In this document: in pieces, positions 19,637 through 28,435 of the stretch
Layout: the number at the start of each line of letters is the position of its first letter
Position numbering within the stretch: position 1 is the first letter of the stretch
Source of the DNA: Muribaculaceae bacterium
Lineage (GTDB): Bacteria; Bacteroidota; Bacteroidia; Bacteroidales; Muribaculaceae
Assembly (NCBI GenBank): GCA_029057255.1
Contig: JAICZO010000461.1
Span: 1-32,338, forward strand
DNA length: 32,338 nucleotides
Direction: 5' to 3'
Notes under the pieces: generated by a model
What the model was told of the DNA's origin: nothing
The model's input: the letters and a program-made list of their open reading frames with translations, nothing else
Databases searched by the model: none
Program-made: the position numbers and the translations under genes

Positions 19637-20071
19637 ATGGCCAACTGGTTTGAATGTAAGGTAAGATACGACAAGCTCCAGGAAAACGGAGCCGCAAAGA
19701 AAGTGACAGAGCCCTATCTTGTGGACGCACTGTCGTTCACCGAGGCTGAGGCCCGCATAACAGAGGAGCAGCGCCCTTTCATCTCGGGTGAGTTCCAGGT
19801 GTCGGCTATCAAGCCCACCAAGATTGCCGAGATTTTCTGGGACGAGACCGGCGACAGATGGTACCAGGTCAAGGTTGCTTTCATCACCATTGACGAGAAG
19901 ACCGCTGTCGAGAAGCGCTCGATGTCGCTCATCCTCGTGCAGGCCGCCAACTTCAAGCATGCCGTCGAGAACTTCGAGGAGGGCATGAAGGGTACGATGG
20001 CCGACTACGAAATTGTACAGGTCACCGAGACGCCTATCATGGACGTCTACAAAATGAAAGTCGTAGAATGA
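19637..20071 (+). CDS. Conserved Bacteroidetes protein, DUF4494-like
   Basis: WFECKVRYDK...KKVTEPYLVDALSFTEAEARI and C-terminal ETPIMDVY, recognised from memory; typical neighbour of yggS. Confidence 0.82.
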   Translation: MANWFECKVRYDKLQENGAAKKVTEPYLVDALSFTEAEARITEEQRPFISGEFQVSAIKPTKIAEIFWDETGDRWYQVKVAFITIDEKTAVEKRSMSLILVQAANFKHAVENFEEGMKGTMADYEIVQVTETPIMDVYKMKVVE

Positions 20072-20733
20072 TAGCCGAGGCTCTCGACAAGATACGCTCC
20101 ACGCTCCCTCAGGGCGTGGAGCTTGTCGCTGTGAGCAAGTTTCATCCCGTGGAGGCGCTCGCCGAGGCATATGCCGCGGGGCAGAGAGCTTTCGGCGAGA
20201 GCAGGGTACAGGAGCTGCTGACAAAGATTCCGGAGCTGCCCGCCGACGTGCGCTGGCACTTCATCGGACACCTGCAGACCAACAAGGTGCGCGCCCTCGT
20301 CGGCACACGCCGCATAGCTCTGATAGAGAGCGTCGACTCCGAGAACCTGCTCCGCATCATCGACAGCGAGTCGGAGCGCGCCGGTGTGGTCAGCAATGTG
20401 CTCATGCAGGTGCATGTGGCGCAGGAGCAGACCAAGTTCGGATTCCTGCCCGACGACCTGCTCGACTTCTTCCGGCGCCGCGCCTTCGAGTCGCTCCGCG
20501 CCACGCACATATGCGGCATCATGGGCATGGCATCAAACACCGACGACACCGCCCGCGTGCGTGCCGACTTCGAGGCCATCGCCGCGCTGCGCCGCCGCAT
20601 TCTTGACATCGCTCCCGACCTGCGCGGCTTCGACATCGTGTCGATGGGCATGAGCGACGACTACCCCCTCGCCATCGAGGCCGGCTCGACGCTTGTCCGC
20701 GTCGGTACTGCCATCTTTGGCGAAAGAGAGTGA
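20068..20733 (+). CDS. yggS: PLP homeostasis protein YggS/PROSC
   Basis: LVAVSK (PLP lysine), FGESRVQE, WHFIGHLQTNK, SMGMSDD and VRVGTAIFG. Confidence 0.96.
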   Translation: MIAEALDKIRSTLPQGVELVAVSKFHPVEALAEAYAAGQRAFGESRVQELLTKIPELPADVRWHFIGHLQTNKVRALVGTRRIALIESVDSENLLRIIDSESERAGVVSNVLMQVHVAQEQTKFGFLPDDLLDFFRRRAFESLRATHICGIMGMASNTDDTARVRADFEAIAALRRRILDIAPDLRGFDIVSMGMSDDYPLAIEAGSTLVRVGTAIFGERE

Positions 20734-20771
20734 TGAAACTGCATGATTTGTTGCTATAAGTTATGATATTG

Positions 20772-20803
20772 TTTGCAGAAATGCAAATAAAATTGTAATT
20801 TTG
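20772..20803 (+). promoter_or_regulatory. Sigma-A promoter of the S24 repressor gene with overlapping palindromic operator
   Basis: TTTG (20772-20775), 20-nt spacer, TAATTTTG (20796-20803); inverted repeat TTTGCA-GAAA-TGCAAA at 20772-20787. Confidence 0.78.
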
Positions 20804-20832
20804 CAAATCGACATTTCACAAAGGAGACAACT

Positions 20833-21507
20833 ATGGAATCACAGCCTGACCGACTTGACATGCCGGCCGCAAGTGCCGATGTCCTCGACCGTATCCGCTA
20901 TCTCATCCAGCTCACCCGCAACACCCAGGCAAGCTTCGGCAAGGCCATAGGTGTCGATGCGGCGAGCGTGTCGCGTGTGCTCGGCGGCCGTACGGCACCC
21001 TCCGAATCATTCCTCAACCGCATCGTGGTCAATCTCGGCGTGTCCAAGAAGTGGCTCACCGAGGGCACCGACGTGCCTTTCCCGCGCAGCACGGCCGACC
21101 GCTCTGCCCGAGGCGAGGGCGCGCCGGTATACAACATCGACGTCACCGCGGGCAAGACATCGCTCAGCCGCATGTTCACCGACGAGCGCATCGAGGGCCG
21201 CATGAGCCTGCCGGGCCTCAACCCCGACAATCCTATCGTGCGCGTCAGCGGCGAGTCGATGATGCCTGTGCTCACCCCCGGGTGCTATATCTCGATACGC
21301 CCCATGAGCCTCGACGCGCCCATATCGTGGGGCAGCATATACGTGGTGGTGCTGCCCGACTTCCGCCTGGTCAAGTATATACGCCGCAACCCCGACCCGT
21401 CGATGGTGACCCTCAACAGCGCCAACCCGGCTTACGACGACATCGAAGTGAGCCGGAGCGATATCGAGGGCCTGTACCTTGTCGAGAAAGTCATAAACAT
21501 ACAGTAA
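20833..21507 (+). CDS. XRE/Cro-CI HTH + peptidase S24 transcriptional repressor (LexA/CI-like)
   Basis: HTH QASFGKAIGVDAASVSRV...GVSKKWLTEG; Ala-Gly cleavage site VTAG; catalytic Ser in VSGESM; catalytic Lys in LVKYIR. Confidence 0.88.
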   Translation: MESQPDRLDMPAASADVLDRIRYLIQLTRNTQASFGKAIGVDAASVSRVLGGRTAPSESFLNRIVVNLGVSKKWLTEGTDVPFPRSTADRSARGEGAPVYNIDVTAGKTSLSRMFTDERIEGRMSLPGLNPDNPIVRVSGESMMPVLTPGCYISIRPMSLDAPISWGSIYVVVLPDFRLVKYIRRNPDPSMVTLNSANPAYDDIEVSRSDIEGLYLVEKVINIQ

Positions 21508-21514
21508 CAGTCCG

Positions 21515-22123
21515 ATGTCAGCTCTGCATAACCCGCTGCCCGCCTGCTATATGGCCGGCAGGCTCGAAGCCGGATGCGACGAGGCCGGGCGAGGATGTCT
21601 CGCCGGGCCGGTGTTCGCCGCCGCAGTAATCCTCCCCGACGGTTTCTCGCATCCGTGGCTCAACGACTCCAAGCAGCTCAGCGAGAAGCGCCGCATGGAG
21701 CTGCGCTCCGTCATCATGGAGCAGGCTGTGGCATGGGCTGTGGCCCGTGTCGACGCCGACGAAATAGACCGCATCAATATCCTCAACGCCTCTATCGAGG
21801 CCATGCACCGCGCCCTCGACGCCCTGACCGTGCGCCCCGGAGCCGTGATTGTCGACGGCAACCGCTTCAAGCCCTACCGCGACCTCGAGTGCACTACATT
21901 CGTAAAGGGCGACGGCCGCTTCGCCAATATCGCCGCCGCATCGGTCCTCGCCAAGACCGCCCGCGACATCTTCATGCTCGAGGCCGACGCCGACTATCCG
22001 CAGTATGCCTGGAAGATAAACAAAGGCTATCCCACGGCCGCACACCGCGAGGCCATCATACAGCACGGCCCGTCGCCCCTGCACCGCATGACATTCAAGG
22101 GCGTCAAGGACATAAACTCATAG
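21515..22123 (+). CDS. rnhB: Ribonuclease HII
   Basis: GCDEAGRGCLAGPV, LNDSK, IDRINIL, VDGN, KGD, IAAASVLAK, KGYPT and HR. Confidence 0.97.
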   Translation: MSALHNPLPACYMAGRLEAGCDEAGRGCLAGPVFAAAVILPDGFSHPWLNDSKQLSEKRRMELRSVIMEQAVAWAVARVDADEIDRINILNASIEAMHRALDALTVRPGAVIVDGNRFKPYRDLECTTFVKGDGRFANIAAASVLAKTARDIFMLEADADYPQYAWKINKGYPTAAHREAIIQHGPSPLHRMTFKGVKDINS

Positions 22124-22125
22124 CT

Positions 22126-22899
22126 ATGGAAGAAGCAAAGCAGAATAAGACTATACTTGTCACGGGTGCCTCGACAGGCATCGGTGCCGCCGCCGCGCGA
22201 CGTTTCGCCGCCGCCGGATGGAACGTCATACTGGCCGACATCAACCGCGAGGCGGGCGAGGCGCTTGCCGCAGAGCTTGGCGACTGCGCCCTCTTTGTCC
22301 TTGCCGATACCCGCGACCGCAGCGCCGTCGAAGCCGCCGTTGCCGCCGGCATCGCCTGCTTCGGACGCCTCGACAGTGTATTCGCCAACGCCGGCATACA
22401 CCGCCGCAACCGTCTGCTCGACATCAGCGACGAGGAGTTCGACCTCGTGGTCAAGACCAATATCTACGGCACTGTCAACACCCTCCGCGCCGCCGTGCCC
22501 GCCATCATACGCTCGGGCGGCGGCACTGTCGTCATCAACTCCTCCGACCAGGCATTCATCGGCAAGCCCGGCAACTTCGCCTACGGCCTTACCAAAGGCG
22601 CGCTCGCGCAGATAACGCGCACCCTCGCCCTCGAGCTGGGGCCGGAGAAGATACGCGTCAACGCCGTGTGCCCCGGCACCGTGCGCACACCCCTGGTCGA
22701 CAGCCTCTTCGAGCGCGTCAGCGCGGCGGGCGACACCACCCCCGACGAGCTGTGGGCCGAGGAGAACGCACTCTTCGCCCGCGGCCGCGCAGGCGAGCCG
22801 TCGGAGATAGCCGAGCTTGTCTACTTCCTCGCCTCCGACGTATCGTCGTTCTGCACCGGCGGTCTCTATCTCGCCGACGGCGGTCTTGTCGCCGGCTAA
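22126..22899 (+). CDS. Classical SDR oxidoreductase, probably NAD-preferring, substrate unknown
   Basis: True start is ATG 22126. TGASTGIG, Asp after beta-2 (LADIN), NAG, YGLTK, IRVNAVCPG and DGG. The ORF-track start at 21574 is an over-extension. Confidence 0.92.
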   Translation: MEEAKQNKTILVTGASTGIGAAAARRFAAAGWNVILADINREAGEALAAELGDCALFVLADTRDRSAVEAAVAAGIACFGRLDSVFANAGIHRRNRLLDISDEEFDLVVKTNIYGTVNTLRAAVPAIIRSGGGTVVINSSDQAFIGKPGNFAYGLTKGALAQITRTLALELGPEKIRVNAVCPGTVRTPLVDSLFERVSAAGDTTPDELWAEENALFARGRAGEPSEIAELVYFLASDVSSFCTGGLYLADGGLVAG

Positions 22900-22965
22900 A
22901 CCAACAGCCGCCCTTTATTGTTAACATTGTATAACAATAAGGCGGGAAAATTACGGGAAATTTCG

Positions 22966-22973
22966 TAACTTTG
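22966..22973 (+). promoter_or_regulatory. Sigma-A -7 box upstream of phoH
   Basis: TAACTTTG followed by CA, 25 nt before the ATG; no clear -33 TTTG at the canonical spacing. Confidence 0.65.
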
Positions 22974-22998
22974 CACCTGCGGAAAACGCCCCACTTCT

Positions 22999-23976
22999 AT
23001 GATTGAACGTATCGTAATAATTGACAACGTAGACCCTATCTGCTTTTATGGCGTGAACAACGCCAACATGCAGCTAATCAAGAATCTGTATCCCAAGCTG
23101 AGGATTTCGGCCCGCGGCTCGGTGATACGTGTCATAGGAGAGGAGAGCGAGACGGCCGAGTTCGAAGCCGGCATAAAGGAGCTGAGCGCCTATGCCGAGC
23201 GCTACAACACCCTCACCGAGGACGTTATTCTCGACATCATCAAGGGCGACGGCCCCAAGGAGAAGAAAAGCGACGGTGCCATCATCTTCGGCATCAACGG
23301 CAAGCCTATCTCCGCACGCACTCCCAACCAGGCTAAGCTCGTCGAAGCTTTCAACGGCAATGACCTTACATTTGCCCTCGGCCCCGCCGGTACGGGCAAG
23401 ACATATATCGCTATCGCTCTTGCCGTGCGCGCGCTCAAAAACCGCGAGGCACGCAAGATTATCCTCTCGCGCCCGGCGGTAGAGGCCGGCGAGAAGCTCG
23501 GCTTCCTTCCCGGAGACATGAAGGACAAAATCGACCCCTATCTCCAGCCGCTCTATGACGCCCTCGAGGATATGATTCCGGCGATGAAGCTCAAGGAGTA
23601 TATGGAGACGAAAGTCATCCAGATCGCGCCGCTGGCATTCATGCGAGGCCGCACTCTCAACGACGCCATCATCATCCTCGACGAGGCGCAGAACACCACG
23701 ACTCACCAGATAAAGATGTTCCTGACCCGCCTGGGCATGAACGCCAAGATGATCATCACCGGCGACGTGACGCAGATCGACCTGCCACACAAGACACAGT
23801 CGGGCCTCGTGCAGGCGCTGAAGGTGCTGCACGATGTGCCGGGAGTGGCGCTCGTCGAGTTCGGCAAGAAGGACATCGTGCGCCACCACCTCGTGCAGCG
23901 CATCGTCGAGGCCTACGAGAAGCATGACGCACTCGAGGAGCAGGCGCGCAGAGAGGCCCGCGAGAGTCAGGAATAA
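22999..23976 (+). CDS. phoH: PhoH family ATPase (PhoH/YbeZ-like)
   Basis: [50 protein letters not shown] and DIVRH. Confidence 0.95.
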   Translation: MIERIVIIDNVDPICFYGVNNANMQLIKNLYPKLRISARGSVIRVIGEESETAEFEAGIKELSAYAERYNTLTEDVILDIIKGDGPKEKKSDGAIIFGINGKPISARTPNQAKLVEAFNGNDLTFALGPAGTGKTYIAIALAVRALKNREARKIILSRPAVEAGEKLGFLPGDMKDKIDPYLQPLYDALEDMIPAMKLKEYMETKVIQIAPLAFMRGRTLNDAIIILDEAQNTTTHQIKMFLTRLGMNAKMIITGDVTQIDLPHKTQSGLVQALKVLHDVPGVALVEFGKKDIVRHHLVQRIVEAYEKHDALEEQARREARESQE

Positions 23977-24013
23977 TAAACTTAAAACAAACCACATCAT
24001 ATACATCACGGCA

Positions 24014-24964
24014 ATGACACTCACAAGCACAGACTTCAAGTTTCCCCATCAGAGCGCTCCCGTCTATCACGGCAAAGTGCGCGACGTCTATTCTATCGAA
24101 GGCGACATCCTCGTCATGGTCGCAACCGACCGCATCTCGGCCTTTGACGTAGTGCTCCCCAAGGGCATACCCTACAAGGGTCAGGTTCTCAACCAGATTG
24201 CCAACTACTTCCTTGACGCTACCGCCGACACCGTCCCCAACTGGAAGCTCGCGGAAGTCGACCCTATGGCCACCGCCGGTGTGCGTTGCGAGGGTTTCCG
24301 TGTTGAAATGATTATCCGCGGCTATCTTGCAGGCAGCGCATGGCGCGAGTATGCTGCAGGCGCACGCGAGATATGCGGCGTCAAGCTCCCCGAAGGCCTC
24401 CGCGAGAACGAGCGTCTCCCCGAGCCCATCATCACCCCCACCACCAAAGCCGACGCCGGACACGACGAGAACATCTCGCGCGAGGAAATAATCGCGCAGG
24501 GCATCGTCGACGCCGCCGACTATGAAGTCATGGAGCGCTACACCCGCGAGCTCTTCGCCATCGGCACACGCATGGCTGCCGAGAAGGGTCTTATTCTCGT
24601 CGACACAAAGTACGAGTTCGGCAAGCACAACGGCAAGGTGATGCTCATCGACGAAGTGCACACCCCCGACTCGTCGCGCTACTTCCACGCCGACACATAC
24701 AAGGAGCTCTTCGAGGCCGGCAAGCCCCAGCGTCAGCTCTCCAAGGAGTTCGTCCGCCAGTGGCTGATGGAGAACGGTTTCATGGGCCGTCCCGGCGAGA
24801 CTGTCCCCGAGATGACACCCGAAGTATGCAAGGCAATCTCCGACCGCTACATCGAGCTGTACGAGCATGTGACAGGCCGCAAGTTTGTCCCCGCTCCCGA
24901 GGCTGATGCCGCAGCGCGCATCGAGAAGGGTGTACTCGACTTCATGTCAACCCTTTCGCTCTGA
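24014..24964 (+). CDS. purC: SAICAR synthetase
   Basis: Start ATG 24014. [48 protein letters not shown] and LSKEFVR. Confidence 0.97.
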   Translation: MTLTSTDFKFPHQSAPVYHGKVRDVYSIEGDILVMVATDRISAFDVVLPKGIPYKGQVLNQIANYFLDATADTVPNWKLAEVDPMATAGVRCEGFRVEMIIRGYLAGSAWREYAAGAREICGVKLPEGLRENERLPEPIITPTTKADAGHDENISREEIIAQGIVDAADYEVMERYTRELFAIGTRMAAEKGLILVDTKYEFGKHNGKVMLIDEVHTPDSSRYFHADTYKELFEAGKPQRQLSKEFVRQWLMENGFMGRPGETVPEMTPEVCKAISDRYIELYEHVTGRKFVPAPEADAAARIEKGVLDFMSTLSL

Positions 24965-24970
24965 GCCGCT

Positions 24971-25708
24971 GTGCCCAAGGTAGAAAAGATAAACCCATAT
25001 CACGGCGACAGCCGTGCCAAGAACGAGCAGGTACGCTCGATGTTCGATGCCATTGCCCCGGCTTATGACTTCATGAACCGGGCAATGACTTTCGGGCTTG
25101 ACCGTCTGTGGCTGCGGCGTCTTGTCGACGCCACAGCACAGGCCTCGCCCGCCCGCATCGTCGACCTTGCCACCGGCACCGGCGACGTGGCCTTCGCCCT
25201 GGCGCGCCGTATCCCCTCGGCTCGCATAACGGGCCTCGACCTGTCGGAGGGCATGCTCGACAAGGCGCGCGCCAAGGCCGCCGGCCTGCCGTATGCCTCG
25301 GGCATAAGCTTCATGCAGGGCGACTGCCTCGCCACGACGCTGCCCGAAAGCTCGACCGACGCCGTGACCATCGCCTATGGCGTGCGTAACTTCGCCGATA
25401 TCGCCGCCGGATACCGCGAGATGTACCGCATCCTCCGCCCGGGCGGCAAGCTCTGCGTGCTCGAGCTCTCGGCACCGACGGCAGCACTGCCCAAAGCGCT
25501 CTACAAGCTCTACACCCGCACGCTCATACCCCTTGCCGGGCGCTTGATGTCGCATGACCCGCGTGCATATTCATATCTCCCCGAGAGTATCGCCGCCGCC
25601 CCGCAGCGGCACGACATGACGGCGCTGATTGAGGCGGCAGGCTTCAGAGACGCGCGATTCAGAACCTTCACATTCGGTGCCTGCACACTTTATACAGCCG
25701 TTAAATAG
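24971..25708 (+). CDS. menG: Demethylmenaquinone methyltransferase UbiE/MenG
   Basis: GTG start; VRSMFDAIAPAYDFMN, DLATGTGD, DLSEGML, YGVRN, RILRPGG and AYSYLPESI. Confidence 0.93.
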   Translation: MPKVEKINPYHGDSRAKNEQVRSMFDAIAPAYDFMNRAMTFGLDRLWLRRLVDATAQASPARIVDLATGTGDVAFALARRIPSARITGLDLSEGMLDKARAKAAGLPYASGISFMQGDCLATTLPESSTDAVTIAYGVRNFADIAAGYREMYRILRPGGKLCVLELSAPTAALPKALYKLYTRTLIPLAGRLMSHDPRAYSYLPESIAAAPQRHDMTALIEAAGFRDARFRTFTFGACTLYTAVK

Positions 25709-25731
25709 CCTTGTTTAAGTAAAAAACGACT

Positions 25732-27114
25732 ATGAAGCATTTTATCGTAAAACACATCACATTTGCAATACTCACTACTCTGACCGCTTTCTCCGCAGGA
25801 GCGCAGGCCATGTTCTTCAGCTCGGCAACAAAGCCCGACAAGCAGCAGACAGTGGCTGCCGCAGTCGCCGCCGACAGCGTCGCAACAGGCGCGGTGCGTA
25901 CTGTCGAGCAGATCGACGCCTATCTCGCCGCTGCCGACACGATGGCTTACGACACTCTTGTGGTCATGCGTCCGCTGCCGCAGTCATTCTTCGGCCCGGT
26001 GGTCTTCGAGCAGTTCGAGTTCGCCGACACGGCATCAGTATTCACTCCCGACTACTCGGGCAATCCTTCGCTCCGCTGGATCGAGGAGGAAGTGGCTATG
26101 AACCGCAACCAGAAGCGCTTGCGCCGCAATCTCTTCCACAGCCATCCCGAAGTCATCAGATATAACATCGACATGCTCCCCGAGGCTCCCAAGCAGTACC
26201 ATGCCGTCGTCAACCCCGAGGACCACACCATCGAGATACGCGAGACAACTATCGAGGTGCCCGCAGCTCCCACAATAGCTGCTACCGAAGTGCAGAAGCG
26301 ACACTGGATACGTACCTTCAACGCTTCGCTGCAGTTCTCGCAGGCATATGTGTCGCCGAACTGGTACCAGGGCGGCAACAACAACCTTAACATGCTGGCC
26401 AACATCTACTATAACGTGAAGCTCAACCCCGAGTACCATCCCCGTCTGCTCTTCGAGACCACGGCTCAGTACAAGCTCGGCATGAACAGCGCACCCGACG
26501 ACAGCATCCACAACTACAGCATCTCCGACGACCTGCTCCAGATAACATCGACTTTCGGTGTCAAGGCTGCCAAGAGATGGTACTACTCGCTGACGGGCAA
26601 CTTCAAGACACAGCTCCTCAACTCCTACGAGAGCAACTCGCGCACACTGCGCTCGTCATTCCTCTCGCCCTCGGAGCTTACTGTCGGTCTCGGTATGACC
26701 TACAACTACGCCAACGCCAAGAAGACCGTGACCTTCGACGCTTCGATAGCACCGCTCTCGTACAATATGAAGACCTGCGTCAACAGCCGCATCAACCCCA
26801 CGTGGTACAATATCGACGAGGGCAAGAAGATGTCGCACAACTTCGGTTCGAGTGCCGAGCTTAAATTCTTCTGGAAGATAAGCTACAACATCAACTATAC
26901 GTCGCGTCTGTTCGCCTTCACCAATTACGAGTCGGCGCAGGCCGACTGGGAGCACAAGCTCGCCTTCGACATCAACCGCTTCCTGACAACTCAGATCTAT
27001 TGCCATATCCGCTACGACTCTGCCACTCCCCCTTGTGACAGCGAGAAGTGGAAGAAGCTGCAGGTCAAGGAGATTCTCTCGATAGGATTCAGCTATAAAT
27101 TCAGCAGCCTCTGA
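25732..27114 (+). CDS. Outer-membrane beta-barrel protein, DUF3078-like
   Basis: Signal peptide (AGA-Q); QFSQAYVSPNWYQGG, DDLLQITSTFG, FKTQ and FLSP; alternating aromatic strands; C-terminal IGFSYKF. Confidence 0.75.
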   Translation: MKHFIVKHITFAILTTLTAFSAGAQAMFFSSATKPDKQQTVAAAVAADSVATGAVRTVEQIDAYLAAADTMAYDTLVVMRPLPQSFFGPVVFEQFEFADTASVFTPDYSGNPSLRWIEEEVAMNRNQKRLRRNLFHSHPEVIRYNIDMLPEAPKQYHAVVNPEDHTIEIRETTIEVPAAPTIAATEVQKRHWIRTFNASLQFSQAYVSPNWYQGGNNNLNMLANIYYNVKLNPEYHPRLLFETTAQYKLGMNSAPDDSIHNYSISDDLLQITSTFGVKAAKRWYYSLTGNFKTQLLNSYESNSRTLRSSFLSPSELTVGLGMTYNYANAKKTVTFDASIAPLSYNMKTCVNSRINPTWYNIDEGKKMSHNFGSSAELKFFWKISYNINYTSRLFAFTNYESAQADWEHKLAFDINRFLTTQIYCHIRYDSATPPCDSEKWKKLQVKEILSIGFSYKFSSL

Positions 27115-27125
27115 CCACGCGAGCG

Positions 27126-27719
27126 ATGAAACAGCCATACACAGGAGATACAGCCACGACCCGCAGGCCGTCTGTATCTCCTGTGTCTTTTCTGCTCCTT
27201 GCCGCTGCGGCGCTGTGCCCCGGAGCAGCGGCGGCCCCTCCCGCGGTCATTGATGTGGAGACCGTCGTGCCCGTCCGGGCTGACGCCTCTTCTCCGGCAG
27301 GCGTGTGGAAGGCAGGCGACGGCGGGGCATTGTTCGGCGTCAGGCCCCTGCCCGGCTATGACGGCAGCTTCGAGCTTTTCATCGTCGACTCCCCCGACTA
27401 CACCGTGCTGCCGGGAACAGTCTTCGGCACCATGCGGACGACAGGCCGTGCCGGTGTCTATGACGCGCGGCTTGCCAAAGGCATAGGCCCGGCCAGAGGC
27501 CTCCTGGGGCAGAAGAGCCACAACTGCATCATAGAGCTGTCGCAGGACTGCTCGTCGCTCGTTTTCCGCAGCTACCGACGGGGCAAGACCGTCAACATCC
27601 TCAGGCTGCTGCCATATCTCTTCAGGCTGTCGGTGACCGATGTCGACACGCGCCCGGCAGGAATCGACGGAGCGCGTAGGGTGTCGCCCGAGCCTCTGCC
27701 TCAATCAGTGACATTATGA
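27126..27719 (+). CDS. Hypothetical exported protein
   Basis: ORF fills the gap in the operon; hydrophobic LLLAAAAL segment, GVW motif, beta-rich; exact start uncertain. Confidence 0.6.
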   Translation: MKQPYTGDTATTRRPSVSPVSFLLLAAAALCPGAAAAPPAVIDVETVVPVRADASSPAGVWKAGDGGALFGVRPLPGYDGSFELFIVDSPDYTVLPGTVFGTMRTTGRAGVYDARLAKGIGPARGLLGQKSHNCIIELSQDCSSLVFRSYRRGKTVNILRLLPYLFRLSVTDVDTRPAGIDGARRVSPEPLPQSVTL

Positions 27720-28195
27720 AAAAATACATCGCCATAGCAAGTCTGCTCTGCATTGCCGCCGCGGCCATGACCGCGCAGCGCACCACCCGCCGTAACCTTC
27801 GCCCGCAGCGCGAGAGTGCTGTCGCCCTCGAAGAGCCCGCCGACAGCCGCCTTGACACCCTCGTGTCGTTCGCTCCGCACACTGTCGACATCAACGGCTA
27901 TGACAAGCCTCTGCGCTCGCGCCGCGAGACATTCTTCGTCACCAACAACGGTGCCGACTCCCTTGCCCGCATAGCCTTCACTATCGACTACTATGACACA
28001 AAGAACCGTCAGCTGCACAGTGCCCCGCACAATGTGGCGGTGACAGTGCCGCCGTCGCAGACAAGGCAGGTGTATGTCCGCTCGTGGGACACCCAGTTCA
28101 GTTTCTTCTATCTGCGCTCTGCCGTGCCGCAGAGGGTGGAGCAGGCCACGCCCTATGATGTGAGGATAACGGTCGACACGCTCTTCGTGCGCTGA
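27716..28195 (+). CDS. Hypothetical secreted protein, probable Ig-like (FxLYD-like) fold
   Basis: MKKYIAIASLLCIAAAAMTA-Q signal peptide; FVTNN...FTIDYYDTKNRQL...VPPSQTRQV; ATGA overlap with the upstream gene. Confidence 0.72.
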   Translation: MKKYIAIASLLCIAAAAMTAQRTTRRNLRPQRESAVALEEPADSRLDTLVSFAPHTVDINGYDKPLRSRRETFFVTNNGADSLARIAFTIDYYDTKNRQLHSAPHNVAVTVPPSQTRQVYVRSWDTQFSFFYLRSAVPQRVEQATPYDVRITVDTLFVR

Positions 28196-28217
28196 AAGCG
28201 CCCGCGTGCCCCGCGAC

Positions 28218-28263
28218 GCAACATCGCCCGTCTGCCGTCAATGCGGCGGGCGGGCGATGTTGC
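28218..28263. terminator. Long hairpin between convergent genes, probable terminator
   Basis: GCAACATCGCCCGTCTGCCG-tcaatg-CGGCGGGCGGGCGATGTTGC, a stem of about 20 bp with G-U pairs; no strong U-tract. Confidence 0.7.
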
Positions 28264-28435
28264 TAAACAAATAATTGAAACTTGAATCGTGGCTTAGGCC
28301 TTTGTTGCTTTTCTACTTATTATATATGGCAAAATACGTGTAGAAAGTAAGTATGTCTATGAGTGAGGGTTTGAATTTCGGTTTCAGGGAGGGAGGTGTC
28401 GCGCTTATATGCGGCGGGCGTAAAAATCGAGAGTA

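Noticed and set aside
20833-21507. Prophage suggested by the CI-like repressor
   Set aside because: No integrase, cro, structural genes or att sites, and the flanks are housekeeping genes.
28310-28346. Invertible promoter bounded by TTTCTAC/GTAGAAA
   Set aside because: The repeats are only 7 bp, the enclosed segment is very short, and no recombinase is nearby.
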